A DNA stretch of 64,000 nt from Vicugna vicugna. Its lineage: Eukaryota. Location: positions 1,467,845 through 1,531,844 of the forward strand of contig MU063351.1 in assembly GCA_013265495.1 (NCBI GenBank), in the 5' to 3' direction. The translations under genes and the position numbers were made by a program. Of this stretch, positions 23,340 through 36,934 are shown in pieces (the stretch's first letter is position 1; every line of letters begins with the position of its first letter). The notes beneath the pieces are model-generated. The model was not told where the DNA came from. It saw nothing but the letters and a program-made list of their open reading frames with translations, and made no database searches.

Positions 23340-23985
23340 CCTCCTATTTTTTTTCTCAATTCAGGGCGACTTCTTTTCACCACAGCCTCCCTGTCTAAGC
23401 TGCTGTAACCATTGCCTTCAGTATTAGCCTCCAGTTAGGAGGCCCCCCTCCTCCATTGCTGCTCCCCAGTCCATTCTAGACACTGTATTCAGAGTATTGT
23501 TTTTTTAATACACGTCTGACCAAGACACCTTGGGACTTAAAAAGCTTTCAGTGACTCTCAATGCCCTCTTCCTACTTCTCCAGTTTAATCTCACCCCAAT
23601 TTTCCCCTTCTACTCCCTGCCCCAGCACCTGCCCCCACACCTCAGGGCTACAGGAATCTTCTTTCAGTTCCTCTGGAATCTTTGTCCCCTTAAGACATTT
23701 CCCAGTGCCACTCCCTCTGCCAGAAATGCCCTCCCACCTCCTCATCTGAAGCACTCCTATGGTCCTTCTTCTCAGCTCAACCGCATTTCCTCCATAATCT
23801 TCTCTAGTTGCCAACCAGGTGAGATATGTTATAAGATCTCAAAGCACCCTGTTCATCATGCTCATTGTCACAATGTACTTGTGATATAATGTGCAGTTAG
23901 CTTCATATGTGTGGTTCTGTGCCTGTGTTCACCTTGGTCTCTCCCAGATGCCTACTGTAATAGGCACTCGGCAAATACCTGCCAC
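23340..23985 (+). mobile_element. L2 LINE 3' region
   Basis: Pyrimidine-rich L2 body (ccccagtccattctagacactg...ccactccctctgccagaaatgccctccc) ending in atgcctactgtaataggcactcggcaaatacc. Confidence 0.7.
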
Positions 23986-24339
23986 AACAAGAGTGCATCA
24001 CCTTTATGTGATATGATGACAGTTCAAAAGAACAACTGAAGTTGCACACAAGCCAGGTTGAGGAGCTGGTCTGAGGGAGCTTTCCACAGATGGGAACACT
24101 CTTCCCTCAGTACTTCTGTCTCCCTGGAATCTACAAACATATGACTAAGCCAAGTCTGACTGAGAAGCTGCCTAGTGAAACTTACAGCCCAAAACCCAAC
24201 GAGCCAAATTGCACAGGAAATCACATTTCTAAAGTCAGAAGAAACCTCAAGATTTTATTTATCTCTAGGAGTTAATGTCTAATAATTCAACAGGCTTATA
24301 ATTATATTTTCCCCCTGTTACTTTTTTCTTAGAGACCTT

Positions 24340-24690
24340 TCTAATTTTAGAATACTTTTAAGATTATTGTGAATTCTCATATTCTTCACACCCAGTTTCC
24401 CCTATTACTATCATCCTCTACTAGCATGGTATATTTTTCACAATTAATGAGTCAATTTGTATACATTATTATTAACTAAAGTCCATACTTCACTCGAATT
24501 TCCTAGATTTTTCTGTAATGTCCTTTTTCCAACCCAAGATCCCATCCAGGATACTACATTACATTTAGTAGTCAGGTGTCCTTAGGCTCTTCTTAGTATG
24601 ACAACTTCTCAGACTTTCCTTGTTTTCGATGATCTTGACAGTTTTGAGGATTACTGAACAGGTATTTTGTATACTGTCTCTCAATTGGCA
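24340..24690 (-). mobile_element. L1MC-type 3' end
   Basis: cacacccagtttcccctattac...tacattattattaactaaagtccatac...gatcccatccaggatactacattacatttagt...ctcagactttccttgtttt. Confidence 0.8.
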
Positions 24691-26150
24691 TTTTCTTAAA
24701 TTGAGCTATGACTCACATACCATAAAATCTATCCTTTCATAGATAGTGTACAATTCAGTGGTTTTAGTTCATTCATAAAGTTGTATAACTATCACCACTA
24801 TCTAATTCCAGAACATTTTCATCACCCTAAAAAGAAAGCTAGTGCTCATTAGCAGCTACTTCCCATTTTCCCNNNNNNNNNNNNNNNNNNNNNNNNNNNN
24901 NNNNNNNNNNNNNNNNNNNNNNNNNNNNNNNNNNNNNNNNNNNNNNNNNNNNNNNNNNNNNNNNNNNNNNNNNNNNNNNNNNNNNNNNNNNNNNNNNNNN
25001 NNTATTAAAGGTTCACCCATGTATTAGTACTTTAATCCTTTTTATAGCTGCATAGTATTTCATTGCATGCATATACAACATTTTCCTTATCTATTCATCA
25101 GTTGATGGACATTTGGGTTGTTTCTACTTTTTAGCTTATGAATAATACTCATATGAATATTAATGTATAAGCTTTTGTGTGGACATCTGCTTTTAATTCT
25201 CCTGGGTCTACGTCTAGGATTGGAATCACTGGGCTGTACATAATAACTCTGTTTAAATTTCTGAGGAACTACCAAACTGTTTTCCAAAGCAGCTACAACA
25301 TTTACATTCCCATCATCAAAGTATACAATGTTCCAATTTCTACACATTTCTCACCAATACTTCTTGTCCATCTTTTTTATTTTAATCACTCTATTCGGTG
25401 TTAGGTGATATCACATTGTAGTTTTGATATACATTTTCCTAATGTCTAAGGATGTTAAACATCTTTGCATGTGCTTATAGGCCATTTATGTACTTCTTTG
25501 GGAAAATGTCTATTCAAATGCTTTATCCATTTTTTAATTGGGCTTGTTGTCTGTTTATTGTTGAGTTGTAACAGTTCTTCTTATTCTAGCTACACCTTTG
25601 TCAGATATATAATTGGTAAATATTTTTCCCATTGTGTGAGTTTACTTTCACTTTCTTGATATTGTCCTTTGAAGTTCAGTTTTCTATTTTGAAGGTACCC
25701 AACTTATTTAGTTTTTCTTTGTTTGCTTGTTCTTTGTGTGTCACAACTAAGAAACCATTGCCAAATCCAAGGTCACAAAGATTTACAGTTATTTTTTCCA
25801 AGAGTTTTATATTTTTAGTTCTCACATTTGAGTTTTTGATAATTTCTTAGTATATATAGTATACTACTATAAATATATATAGTTTTTATTATATATAGTT
25901 TTTAATATATATATATTTAAATGTATATATACTTTATATATTTTTTTTTATTTTGTATAGTACAAGGTAGGGGTTTGACCTCATTCCTTTGCATGTTGAC
26001 ATACAATTGTCCCAGCACCATTTGTTGAAATCACTATTGTTTCCCCTGTTGAATTGTCTTGGCAACTCTGTCAAAAGTCAATTGACCATAAATGTATGTA
26101 TTTATTTCTGGACTCTCAATTCTGTTCCATTGATCTATATGTCTATTGTT
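24691..26150 (-). mobile_element. L1M (L1MB-like), ~1.45 kb, containing N-run 24873-25002 and an AT-rich expansion at ~25850-25950
   Basis: ccactatctaattccagaacattttcatcaccc 3'UTR, then antisense degenerate ORF2 (ORF 25087-25347 is L1-derived) to gtctattg. Confidence 0.85.
24873..25002. other. N-run (130 nt) inside L1
   Basis: Ns seen directly. Confidence 0.95.
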
Positions 26151-27457
26151 ATATAGGATAATTACAATGTAGTAGGTGCTCATAACATAAGTCTCTGTGG
26201 TCTCAGGGCTCCCCTCTGTCTGTGCTTAATCCAGCATGGCATGGTGAACTGACATATATACATAAACTGACATACATTCCCACATAAGATCACAGTAGAG
26301 AACAGAGGCACCAGGCCAGCATTTGAGCCTAAACGAACTCAAAAAAACCTGTGAGAAGCAGATGTACACTCTTATCACCCACATACACTTCATCCTTCTC
26401 TAGCCTTTGCTCCCCTTTCCTTTCTCCTCTTTCCCTTGGAGTAACTTCTCCTACCCATCTCTGCCTATTCAAAATCTGACTTTTTCAAAGCTCCATTCAA
26501 ATCTTTCCGCCTTCATGCAGCTTCCTGTGACTCACCCAAGGACGCCTAGCTAGTTAATAGCAGAGCTGGAATTAGAATTTGGTACTCCTGACACTTAGTT
26601 CAGTGTTCTTTATATCATATCCACAGTTCTCAAAGTTTTTCAGATGGTGGGTTACATGAAAGTAATAGTACTTTCATAATACGAGAAAAACATCATGAAA
26701 TACTGATATATTTTTAAAAGTTAGAGTGCTATGCTTAATCAAATACTCTCTTACACTAGATTCTGGCACAAACCAGGTATCAAAGCTTAAAATAGTATCA
26801 GGATGAAAAACATAATGCTGGGAAAATTCTTTCTTTTAATCAAGAAAAGGCATTCATTTTTTCCATTATTTTAGTAGCAAAATTACTTGGTCCTGCCTAA
26901 AGAATACCAGTGTTCTGCAGGACAGTTGAAGGATCATTGTACCATGTACCATGCTGAAATTTTCCTTTACTCCCCCTGGAAATCTCTGAGCAACACTTTA
27001 CTAAGGCTGAACCCCATCCTAATTTCCAAGGAGACTTGCAGAAGAAGAATTTCCTCAGTCTCATATTGCTCTAAAATAAAATGGACTCTTTGTAACTGGG
27101 CAATGTTTCATTTTAGAACAAAGATACCTGGATTTATGGCCTTGGTCATCGTTTATTTCCTCATTCTAGATGTAAACTCTTTTAGTTATACAAACAGACC
27201 CACTAGTCTCAGGACACTTTAATAATAGGTCTCTTAACACCTACACTCATGTTAAACTGAGAAAATCCTGGCATGGGAGAGAGAAATTGTTCCCACAGAC
27301 ATCCTCTTCATATGGCATTAATTAATAATTGTGCTCTATATAAAGCACATGTGGTTCTCTAGGATGTGTGAAGTACACCACCACCTTGTGTGCTTGGTAC
27401 CAAAAGACATGCCAAAATGTTTGCTACTCATTCCTGAAAGTCTACCTTTCTCACCAG

Positions 27458-27581
27458 AGGCCTGATGAATCACACATCACAGCACTGAGATGCGGTATGG
27501 CTTAAACTACAACCAACTCTGAGGAGTAATTCCACGTTCTCCATAGAGGAGATAAGGACACAGGGACCAGGACTCTCCAAG
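27458..27581 (+). ncRNA. Candidate non-coding exon (124 nt)
   Basis: Acceptor ctacctttctcaccAG, perfect donor AAG|GTAAGT at 27582; stops in all three frames. Confidence 0.3.
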
Positions 27582-28619
27582 GTAAGTTAGGTCCCCTGGA
27601 AGAACAACTCCTTCGAAATTCCCGCAGCATTTAGAGGCTGGAGCACAGCTGGCCTTAGTCACCACTTGGGGCAGAACAAGAGGAAATGAGTCTAAACCTC
27701 ATCAGGAGACATCTAGGTTAGACAAAAGGAATTATCTGCGGAGACTGTGAGCAGGATACAATGCCCAAGTGTTTGCCTAGCATTTTTTAAATTAGTCAAC
27801 TGTCTGCACCAGTGGCTGTGACTAATTAAAAACCGTATCATCGTATCCAGAAATGCAAACTGGCTATAGCCACAACCAACTTCAAGAATGTATCACTATG
27901 TGTCAGGAACTGATACAAAAATCTTGTCCAGCCCAGAAAGGGTTCCTGGGATATTTCCATACAATGTGACAATTCGGGAATTTAGTTTTTAAGTGACTAC
28001 TGAGATAAACTTTGTGAGGCAAGCTACATGAAGATAAATAAACCAAAGTTTTTTTTTAAAGTGTATTTATTCAAAATTGGAGTAAGTTCACATAATTCAC
28101 TAGACTTAGAAAGATATCACACTGTCATAAAACATGATGTGATTACCAGTTTTTGCAAAACAGTCACACTCCCAATCATTAATAAGAAATCTTTGAATTC
28201 AAAAGTACACATTGTTCTTTGGCTAAAAATAGCAGAAAATCTCAATCCCTTAAATACAGAGTAATCTCGTATGCTCTCTAATTTATTGCACTTCCTGTGA
28301 CCAACAAACACTTACTGAATACCTATTGTGTGCCTGTTTTATGTAAACATCAAACTGAAAATTTTCATATAAGGGGAAAAGTTAAGGGAAAAAAAACCCT
28401 CAAGGATTTTTAAAACCATTTAGCATGTTTTGAAAATCGCATTATACTTTTTAGACATGATAATGTAATTTAACTAGTTCGTATTTATCTGTTCCCTCTT
28501 ACACTTAGGTATATTTTCTCAAACTTCTAAGACCTATATAAAATTCGTTTTCAAGTAATATTTTTTAAGCGCCAAAGACTTTCAGAACAGATCTTAGAAT
28601 TGTGACACTAGTTCACACA

Positions 28620-29000
28620 GAGAAACTCAGTGACGTGCACACGCACAGGAATACTACAATCGTGCTTCGGACCCCCACCCCCTCACCGCTCAGCCCCACC
28701 ACCCCCGCCCCGGCCCCTGGGGATGTCTGAGCTCCGGTCTGGGAAAGGAAAGCGCCTCCTCCACATCCTCTCCCAGGGTCTCTCCCCAGGCCCGCGTCCA
28801 CGGGGAGAAGTGCTGACTCACAGCCTCGGCGGGTAGCGGCTCCCTCTTCCCCAGCCCTGCTCAGTGGGACACGGAGCGGAGCAAGGCGGTGGGTGTGGAG
28901 GAATTGTCGCTACGCTCCCCAGAGGCTGTGGGAAGGAACACCCCGAGGGGCGTCTGGCCGACGCTGGGAGCGAGCGCAGGGATCAGAATGCTGGGCTGCT
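28620..29000. promoter_or_regulatory. CpG-rich promoter/enhancer-like island
   Basis: About 27 CpGs counted in ~380 bp; GC boxes; TGACGTG (CRE/UPRE-like) at 28631-28637; perfect NF-E2/NRF2-sMAF motif TGCTGACTCAC at 28811-28821. Confidence 0.65.
28822..28998 (-). other. Candidate 5'UTR/non-coding exon (177 nt; NAGNAG alternative 174 nt)
   Basis: ~100-nt polypyrimidine tract on the minus strand (29002-29102) ending ttcccccgTAG|CAG; donor GCT|GTGAGT at 28821; no ATG, stops in all frames; GC-rich. Confidence 0.5.
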
Positions 29001-29569
29001 ACGGGGGAATGGCAGAAAAGGAAGAGAAAGAAAAGAAAGGAAATTGAAGGTCAAGAGGACAGAGAAGGCAACAGGAGAAAAAGAGAAGGAAAAAAAAAAA
29101 AACAATGCCTGGGGTGAAGTGGTCGAGACTTGGACTGCCCACTCCTCCGTGAGGTTCTCTGTTCTTCCCCTGCCTGCCCTTCCAACTGGGGGCCTCTTGG
29201 CAGGATGTGTCCCCTTCCCAGGGGGCAGCCGGCCAGCGGAGTGTCTCCTAGCTTTGAGCTAAGAAATAATCTTTAGCCAGACACCTGCAGACTTCTGTGT
29301 AATTGCTCACTAGGTTCCCTTCCAAAAGCTTTTCACTTTTTCAGGCCACAAAGGAGGAAGTTTAATGGAAGTGACTTGCACAAGAACATAGTTCAAAGCT
29401 ATCTCTTGTCAACTAGATCCAGGGGTAAAGTACTGCTCTGCCCTGGATGATCCCCCACTGGTAATAGTCTATGAGACTATGTGCTTTAGGACCCTGAAGG
29501 CCACGTTTCTTCAGCCCAGAAATCTAAATAGTGTTAACAATAAAAGAAAAACTCCTTTTCATTCTCAAA

Positions 29570-30095
29570 AGCAGTTGTATAATTCGAGTTGTAAATTGTA
29601 GAAAAGAGAACAAATCTATGATAGGAAAAATCAGGACCATTTTTGCCTGAGGGGTTTGGGCAGGAAGAATGACTGGAAAGGAGCATGAAGGAAAGTTTCT
29701 GGAATGATAGTTATGTCCTATATCTTAATAGTGGTTTGGGTCACACAGCTGTATGCATTTATCTGAACTTCCAGCGGTACATGCATTTTACTGAATGTGG
29801 ATTTTTACCTCAAAGGGGGAAAAATCATAGAAAATGTTTAAGTCTAGCTAAAGATACACGTGCTGAAGTGTTTGGGGATGACGTGTTTTGATGTCTGCAA
29901 CTTCCTTTGAAATATATCCCCCAAAATAAGATGTACTGGTGAATGGACAGAGGGACAGGTACGTAGGTATCTACGCGTCATGAAGCAAGTATAGTAAAAT
30001 GCTGATTATGGAATCTGAATGGTGAGCATATGGTTGTTCCCTACAAAATTTTTTCAACTTTTCTGGAAGTTTAAACATTTTCTAATAAAATAACA
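29570..30095 (+). mobile_element. L1ME-type 3' end (ancient)
   Basis: gactggaaaggagcatgaaggaaagtttctggaatgatagttatgtcctatatctt...tgctgaagtgtttggggatgacgtg...tgatgtctgcaacttcctttgaaat...aaacattttctaataaaa. Confidence 0.75.
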
Positions 30096-32254
30096 AAAGA
30101 GCATCTGATGAGTATTAATGGGGGTGAGATACCATGTTTAGGTATATCCTTATGGGCACAGGTATTACATCTGACTCATATCTATTCACTATATACATAT
30201 AACACAACTATTATAGGTGTACATATGATACAGATACACAACCATAATTTGTGTTTTATATTAAAATAATAGAAGCATTAAAAGGGCATCATATGAATTA
30301 ACAAAGAGTATCAAATAGATTTGATCACATGCACAAGTGGACTCTTGTTAACATGAGACAATTCGTCTGTTGACTCAAAGTTCTATATGCAAAAAGTATG
30401 CACAGAAGTACACTAGACACCAACCTTATGGATAAGACATTCTCGGGAATTGCTACATAATGTTATATATACAGGGTGATAGAAAAGTTTCCCCTACACC
30501 TCTCCTTGTGTCTATCCCTGCATGATACTTCCATTAATAACTTCTTTAGATTATAAGAAGCAGCAATTATAAAACTCACTTAAAGTAGACAGATGGAAGG
30601 GTACATGGTGGGGTGAGGTAGGAATTAAGCTCTTATTGAATATTAACAGTTTGATCTTTCTTTATGAATGACCTCCCTCCTAAAGATTTTGAGGTGCTTC
30701 CAATAAAAATGCATGCAGTAATTGATAAAACTAAATAATAAGAAGAGCATCAGGACCAGGGAGAATATAAATAAAAGTGGGGGTTTCAGACCAATAAAAA
30801 GGAAAACACAAATACACAGCATAGGAGCCTAGGATAATAGCTAAAGCTGAGCTTTATATGTGTCTCTGAGCCACACAGAAAAGTAACAATCAATTATACT
30901 TAATTTTCTAAGCTAATATTTAGCACAACGGTGCTAAAGCAATATTATCATTGAAACTTTGAGATGATGCAGTGATGTCCCTGACAGTTACCTTGACACC
31001 ATTCCTACCAAAAAATGCACTAAATTATTTGCTATACCTATTTCTTGTCACATTCTTCAATTTAAAAAGTCTAGGGTGTAAGAATAGTTATCTCCAGAGC
31101 AAGAACTTCTAGCAAAGGGAATTCTAAGTAATAGAAATACAGACTACCTCCAAAAGCAGTTTGGAGTAGAAGCAGATAAAACAGAAGCAATAAAATAGAA
31201 GAAAGTAAGATTTTATGTCATAGTCTATGCTCTATAAATGAGGAAAACATGACAATACTTTTTTTCTTTAAAAATTCTAGAATGAAATAGATGTGTTTTC
31301 TCTGAAAACTATACCCAGTTCCCCTAGCTGCTCCCCTCCCCAACCCTGACCAGTCTCCTCCACTCTTGGGGATGAGGTGGCACTCAAGCCACCTTCTTTA
31401 TTCTGCTCATGCACATGTGGGTTCCTGGGTCAGAGATGCTCAGAAGGCTGGGTCCACAAAGAAAAGAAAGAACAAAACTGACACAGTAAGAAGCAGAAAC
31501 TAGAAGAGCAGGTAAGAGTCTTTCTGATCTTTTGTCTTCTTCCTATTCCTCCCTAAGGCCTGGGAGAATTCTTCCAGAAAGTTCTGTGAGACAACAGCAC
31601 TGTGGCCTTTTAATAAGCTTGCTATTTTTCTAGGATAATATTTAAATGAATATAATTTCATGAGAAGCAAATATATAGAAATATATAGAAAATATATTCC
31701 AAGCATAGAAGTTAATGTTGGTTTGGCTTGATTCAAGCACAGGACTTGTAGCATCTAAAGGAAAAGATGAATTCTAAACCATCCTCCATAAATATCACTT
31801 CTCTCAGCCAGGCTTTGATGAAAGTGATGAAGAGCAGACAATTTGAGAAGGCATGCTCTTGCAGGCCTGGAATGCTGATGCTCTGAGCTGAGCCATATGC
31901 TCAGATCAAAAACCCCACAAGCAGATGGTGAGGTATTGATCTTTTTTGAAAACTGGGTAGACTCTGCTCTGGACTTACCCAGATGAGCTCAGACCCATGA
32001 GGTTAATCAAGGTCAGCAATCCAGGGAAGATCAGAGCTCTTCCGGGTAGAATGGGTTTTTAACTGTTTTGGTGGCAAAAAGTTGTTCAGGGGCTTTATTA
32101 AATATAAGCCTTTTGATCAAATGTGTGGAGGTTTATAATGCCAGAATTTAATTGGGGGCCAACTGATCAAGAACTATAAAGTAGGGAAAAGCAAAACTTC
32201 CAGGTATTAAGTGGCCATTCAGAGCCTCCAAAGACAATTTTCATATTGATTAAT

Positions 32255-32735
32255 TGTTAATTTTATTATAAAAGTAATGCATCCTTATTGCAAAAAATTC
32301 AGAAAATGTGGGAAAATATTTTAATAGAAGTCAATTAATAACCCAATCTTCTAGGATAATTACTATGAGTATTTTACTATATATCCTTCTATACTTTTTT
32401 TAGGCTTATGAAAACATTTTTCCCTATAAAAATGTTTCACATAGACATTTTATTTTGTAACCTTAGCTATGTATTATAAATATGTGTCAATGCCAATAAA
32501 TTCTACATCATCAAATTATATAACATTACAAAAAAAAAAAGAAAAATAACTATGTAACAGTCCAGTAAACGGACATACCATCATAATTTATTTAATTAGT
32601 CCCCTACTATTGGGTGTTTAAATGATTTCTAGTTTTGATTATTATAGAGAACACAGAAATGAACGTCTTTATATATAAATCAATATTTACTTGTCCGATC
32701 ATATCCTTGGGATAAATTCCAAGAACAATTCTTCA
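32255..32735 (-). mobile_element. L1ME-type 3' fragment (ancient)
   Basis: ttttattataaaagtaatgcatccttattgcaaaaaattcagaaaat...ccataatttatttaattagtcccctactattgggtgttt...ttccttgggataaattcc-like end. Confidence 0.65.
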
Positions 32736-33614
32736 GTCAAAGAAGCCTAAAAAGCTCCTCAAAATTTGTTGTGTTCTATTTACTAGAAGGAGTTCCTCAG
32801 TGGGAACAAGTTTATAGTAAGATTAAATGAGATAAATTTGCAAATGATTCTTCATTGTTCTTTTCTGTAGCATGCCTCCTTAAACTTACCAACATTTTCT
32901 AGGGGTTCTGGGTTTTCTTTGGCTTCTTTCAGTTTCTTGTGGGCACCAACCATCCTTTTCAAATCATAAGTCTAGTGAGCAGGGTGACATTTACTCCAAT
33001 AAGATGCCTTCCTTTTGAGAGTCATCAGATGCTCAGAAAACTGGAAACAACTGGGTGAACTAAAAAGCTGTTCCTTCTACCATAGTCTGCTTAACGTCCT
33101 TATTTTGAGCATACAATTATGCATGCAGATGGGCCCAGGAATGGCAAAGTCAAATATCTGGGAAAGAAATGGCTGCTTATGGAGCACTAGGGTAGCGTTA
33201 AGACTCACCTGATACAGGCTGCACTTGCCCATGCAATGGAGAAGCTAGTAAAGACATACCAGAATTTATCCTGCCATCTGACACTTAGCAATATTAAATT
33301 ATATTTGCAAATTAGGCAAGAAATTTTCTGCTTCAAATTATACAGCTACCCCAAGAGGAATGACCCACGGAGAAATAATTCTTACAGCCTTCACTCGATA
33401 AGACCTTAGTGTCAGAAAATTATCATAGCCATTCCATACTCAAAACATATGAAGATGAAAAGATTACCAAACAGTGCTGAGATATGCAAACACTTTGGAG
33501 GTTAGGATGGAAACATATGATAAGCTGATATCACTTCAACAAAGGAACAGAACCTAGAGAAAACTGGTCCTTGCTGTATGAGCTCAGATGCACAGAGACT
33601 ACTTTCAAACCTCC

Positions 33615-34049
33615 TGCTATGAGTTGAATTTTGTCCCCCCAAATCCATATGCTGGAGTTCTAATCCCCAATATCTCAGAAAGTGACTTTATTTAGAAACA
33701 GGGTCACTGCAGATGTAATTAGTTAAGTTAGGATGAGGTCATACTGGAGCAGAATCAGCCCCTAATCCAATACGACTAGTATCCACATAAAGGGGGAGAA
33801 ATTTGGACACTTTCCAAAGAGACAGACATGCACAGAGGGAAGACAACCTGAAGAGATGCAGGGAGAAGACAACCACCAGAAGCTCAGACAGAGGCACAAA
33901 TTTCTCCCTCAACGGCCATCAGAAGGAACCAACTGTGCGACATCCTCTGACCTCAGACTTCTGGCCTCTAGAACTGAGAGACAATACATTTCTGTTCTAA
34001 GCCCCCCAGTTTGTGGCACTTTGTTACAGCAGCCCTAGCAAACCAATAA
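33615..34049 (+). mobile_element. Solo MaLR LTR, MLT1 family (MLT1B/C-like)
   Basis: Starts tgctatgagttgaattttgtccccccaaa, ends ccagtttgtggcactttgttacagcagccctagcaaaccaata. Confidence 0.88.
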
Positions 34050-35079
34050 AACTCTCCACCCACGTTTAACCTCAGAAAGAAAAAAGTCTGAAACACCAAA
34101 AAATAAAGAGATTTGATTTCCAAGATCTTGCTTTTCGGCAATACAAAATGTTAAACCACAGAATTAAGGCACAGCATCAGATAGTTGATTAGGGCCCCAA
34201 AGAGAAAAACCCCCATGATTAGGGAATGAAATAACTTGCCTGCAGAGCTCTTAGGTGAAAGATGTGAGTTATGACCCAGGCTTGTTCAAACACAGTCATT
34301 CCATCCTGCGCTACTTTGGGCAGGTTTTCACTGCTCTTTTGAGCCCTAACCTGTCTCCCTGTTACCTCTTTTTGGCCCTCAGAGACAGAAGGTCCACCTG
34401 CTGCCTCTGGTCCTAACCCCCACTGCAGCACCCTACCCAAGCCACCCCTCCTCCATAGAACCACATTCCAAAATGCACCTTCCTTCTTCCCCCTTGCTCC
34501 CCAAACAAAACTCCTAGGCCTTCAGAATCAAATCTCTACTAGATTTTCAGAAGAAAGCAATTGGAATATCTAAATTAATTTACACAAGCATGTATGTAAG
34601 ATGTGCACAGGCTTGAGGAGTTTGTAAACCAAACAATCTTACTTGGCAGAATGTGTAGGGCAAATAACTTCAGGAAGGTACATGTTGGGTATGACTTGAT
34701 GGCTCAGATTCCCTCAGTCGCTCCCATTCCCCACTTCTCAAAAGTTGTGACTTCCAGTCAGGGACCTAGGAGGTCATTAACCAGTCCCCCAAACTTCTCA
34801 ACTCCATTCATCTGTTTGTATTTTGTTAAGATGGATGTGTCCCTGGGAAATGTGCAGCTCAGGGCAGTGGGCCTCTCCCGAGAGCTGCTGAGTTACAAGA
34901 AGAAGAATGCCAATACCCCAGGTTGGAAGGTGGGGGAGAGATGCCATGGAGAACAGGGTGACAAAAGACAGCCAGTCTAAAAGAACTTGAGATCACACTT
35001 AGCCTGTCCAGCCATTTTGCCCACACAGAAATAAAACCTTAGTAAAAGCTTTGTCCCTAAAGTACCTTTAGATGTCATG

Positions 35080-35320
35080 GTAATGGCAGCTTTACTGAGC
35101 ATTTTCATTCAATATCCCAGCCACTACCCTGAACACTTTTTAGGCATTAACTCATTTCATCTTTACAGCAATCCTAAAAAGTGGGTGCCATCATAACTCT
35201 TTCATAAATGGAAAAACAGAGGCACCTAAAGCCTAAGTAATTTGCCTCACGGGGAGTGAAACCAGTATCCAGACCCAGGCAGGCCAACCCCACAGGCTCA
35301 TGCTCTAACCACTGTCCTAG
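35080..35320 (-). mobile_element. MIR SINE
   Basis: cattaactcatttcatctttacagcaatcc...ataaatggaaaaacagaggcacc...catgctctaaccactg. Confidence 0.7.
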
Positions 35321-36934
35321 GCAGGGAAACCTCTTATGTGATGTATTATTATTATTTCGGCAAAAACATACAGTAGTAAATGGAAAAATCTGCCAGCCCA
35401 TTTGAGATACAGCAAATGTTTCCACTTAGATGCCCAAAGCAGACATCAGTACAGGCCCTGCCTTCCAGAGCCACCACGCATACCTGCGGATCCCAGGTAC
35501 CCAAGTCCCACTCGAATGATACCCGGGAATGACGACCAGAGGCCTGCCTTGGCAACCAAGTTTAAATAACTAAGCAAACCTAAAAACATGACTTTGACCT
35601 GAGAACGCCGGCTATTCCTTAGGGGTCAGATTCCAACTGTGCCTTCTCACTGCATCTCACTGGAGATGGCTGAGTCGAGCTCCCAGCGCAGTCACTCCTT
35701 AACCATGGACTCACGAGGCCTCCTCCCTGCCCACCTCTGGAGCATTCCACAGTGGCAGTCCAAACAGCTTTTCTGAACTGTCACACTAAAGGAATTTATT
35801 TCCAAACAGAACAGAAGAAAGAAAATTCCCAAATGTCTGCTCTCCTTGCAAGATTTAAAAGTCCTGATGCAAGAAAGTAAAAATAACAAACTTGAATGTG
35901 TGAAATTCTAGTGAGTATCACGCCTCCAGTAGTTTTTTTTTTTACCATGAATTCTTAATCTGCCTGTGCCTTTTCACTTCAGTAAGGGATAAGTAACGTG
36001 TATCAGTGCCTGACTGTAAAAAAGCTGTGACGGAATCAAAGGATGGCTCTATCCGACTGGCAGTGGTTTCAGAATATAAATCTGAGCTCATGCTGTTTCT
36101 CAGTTTTATTCTTCAACCAATAGGGCAGCTCTAAGAATTTCACATACACATGTGTACACACACATGCTTCTCTCACAGAGCGACTCAATGATGAGAAACA
36201 AAACACAGCATGCACCGTGAAGTGGAAGTCTCCGCCGGCACAGATCCTGCTCAGCCTTCCGAGGGACCGCCTGAGAGCTGCCCTAGTTCTCCTCAAAGTC
36301 GGGCTCAGCCAAGCCCACCCAGCCCCAGGCGAGAAGGGACTGCTGAGTTCCCCACTTCTAGAGCCTGCAAGTCTCCTGCCTGCAACCAGACCCAGAGCCT
36401 ACCCCTTCCCCAGGAAGGGTGCTCCCACAGCTGCCGGCAAGACTAAGGAGCTGAAGTGTGTAACAAACAAAAAGGGGTGAGAGCGCTGACTCTCCCTCCA
36501 GAGGATGCAAGCAGCACTTCCTAGGGGAAAATGTAGGTCACCAGCACAGGGAACTTGAAAGAGGGGCTGGAGGAGGAGAAAAGGGTTCAGTGGGAGAAAG
36601 AAAGGGAAGCAGTGGGGAGGGATGCCTGCCGTAGTCAAGAGAAGCAGTGTGTGCTCTCCCAAAGAAACTATCCCTGGGAATTGAGGCAATGAGTAAGTTG
36701 GATCAAGTCACAACCTTTGCTCTTTCATCTATACTGAGCAGGTAAATCTGCCTCCCAAATCCATAATGGTCCTGGGTGGACTTTGCCTGAGGAAGACCAC
36801 CAAGGAAGAAGGTCCTAGAGAAAAGGGGCGATGGTCCCCATATCATCATTCAGCAGGGTCCTCCATCCATGGCAAGGACGGGCCTGAAGAACAGGCAGCT
36901 CTGTGAAGTAGAGCTGGAGACCTGGGTCTCACTA

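Noticed and set aside
28066-28071. Minus-strand AATAAA as the 3' end of a gene whose last exon is the 28.6-29 kb island
   Set aside because: All frames after the 28998 acceptor stop quickly, a strong donor follows at 28821, and AATAAA is common in AT-rich DNA. A non-coding terminal exon is not excluded but is unsupported.
36179-36692. Plus-strand exon (acceptor cttctctcacAG, donor TGA|GTAAGT) with 78-aa and 87-aa ORFs
   Set aside because: At 514 nt it is long for an internal exon, the peptides are low-complexity Pro/Ser-rich and unrecognised, and there is no other support.
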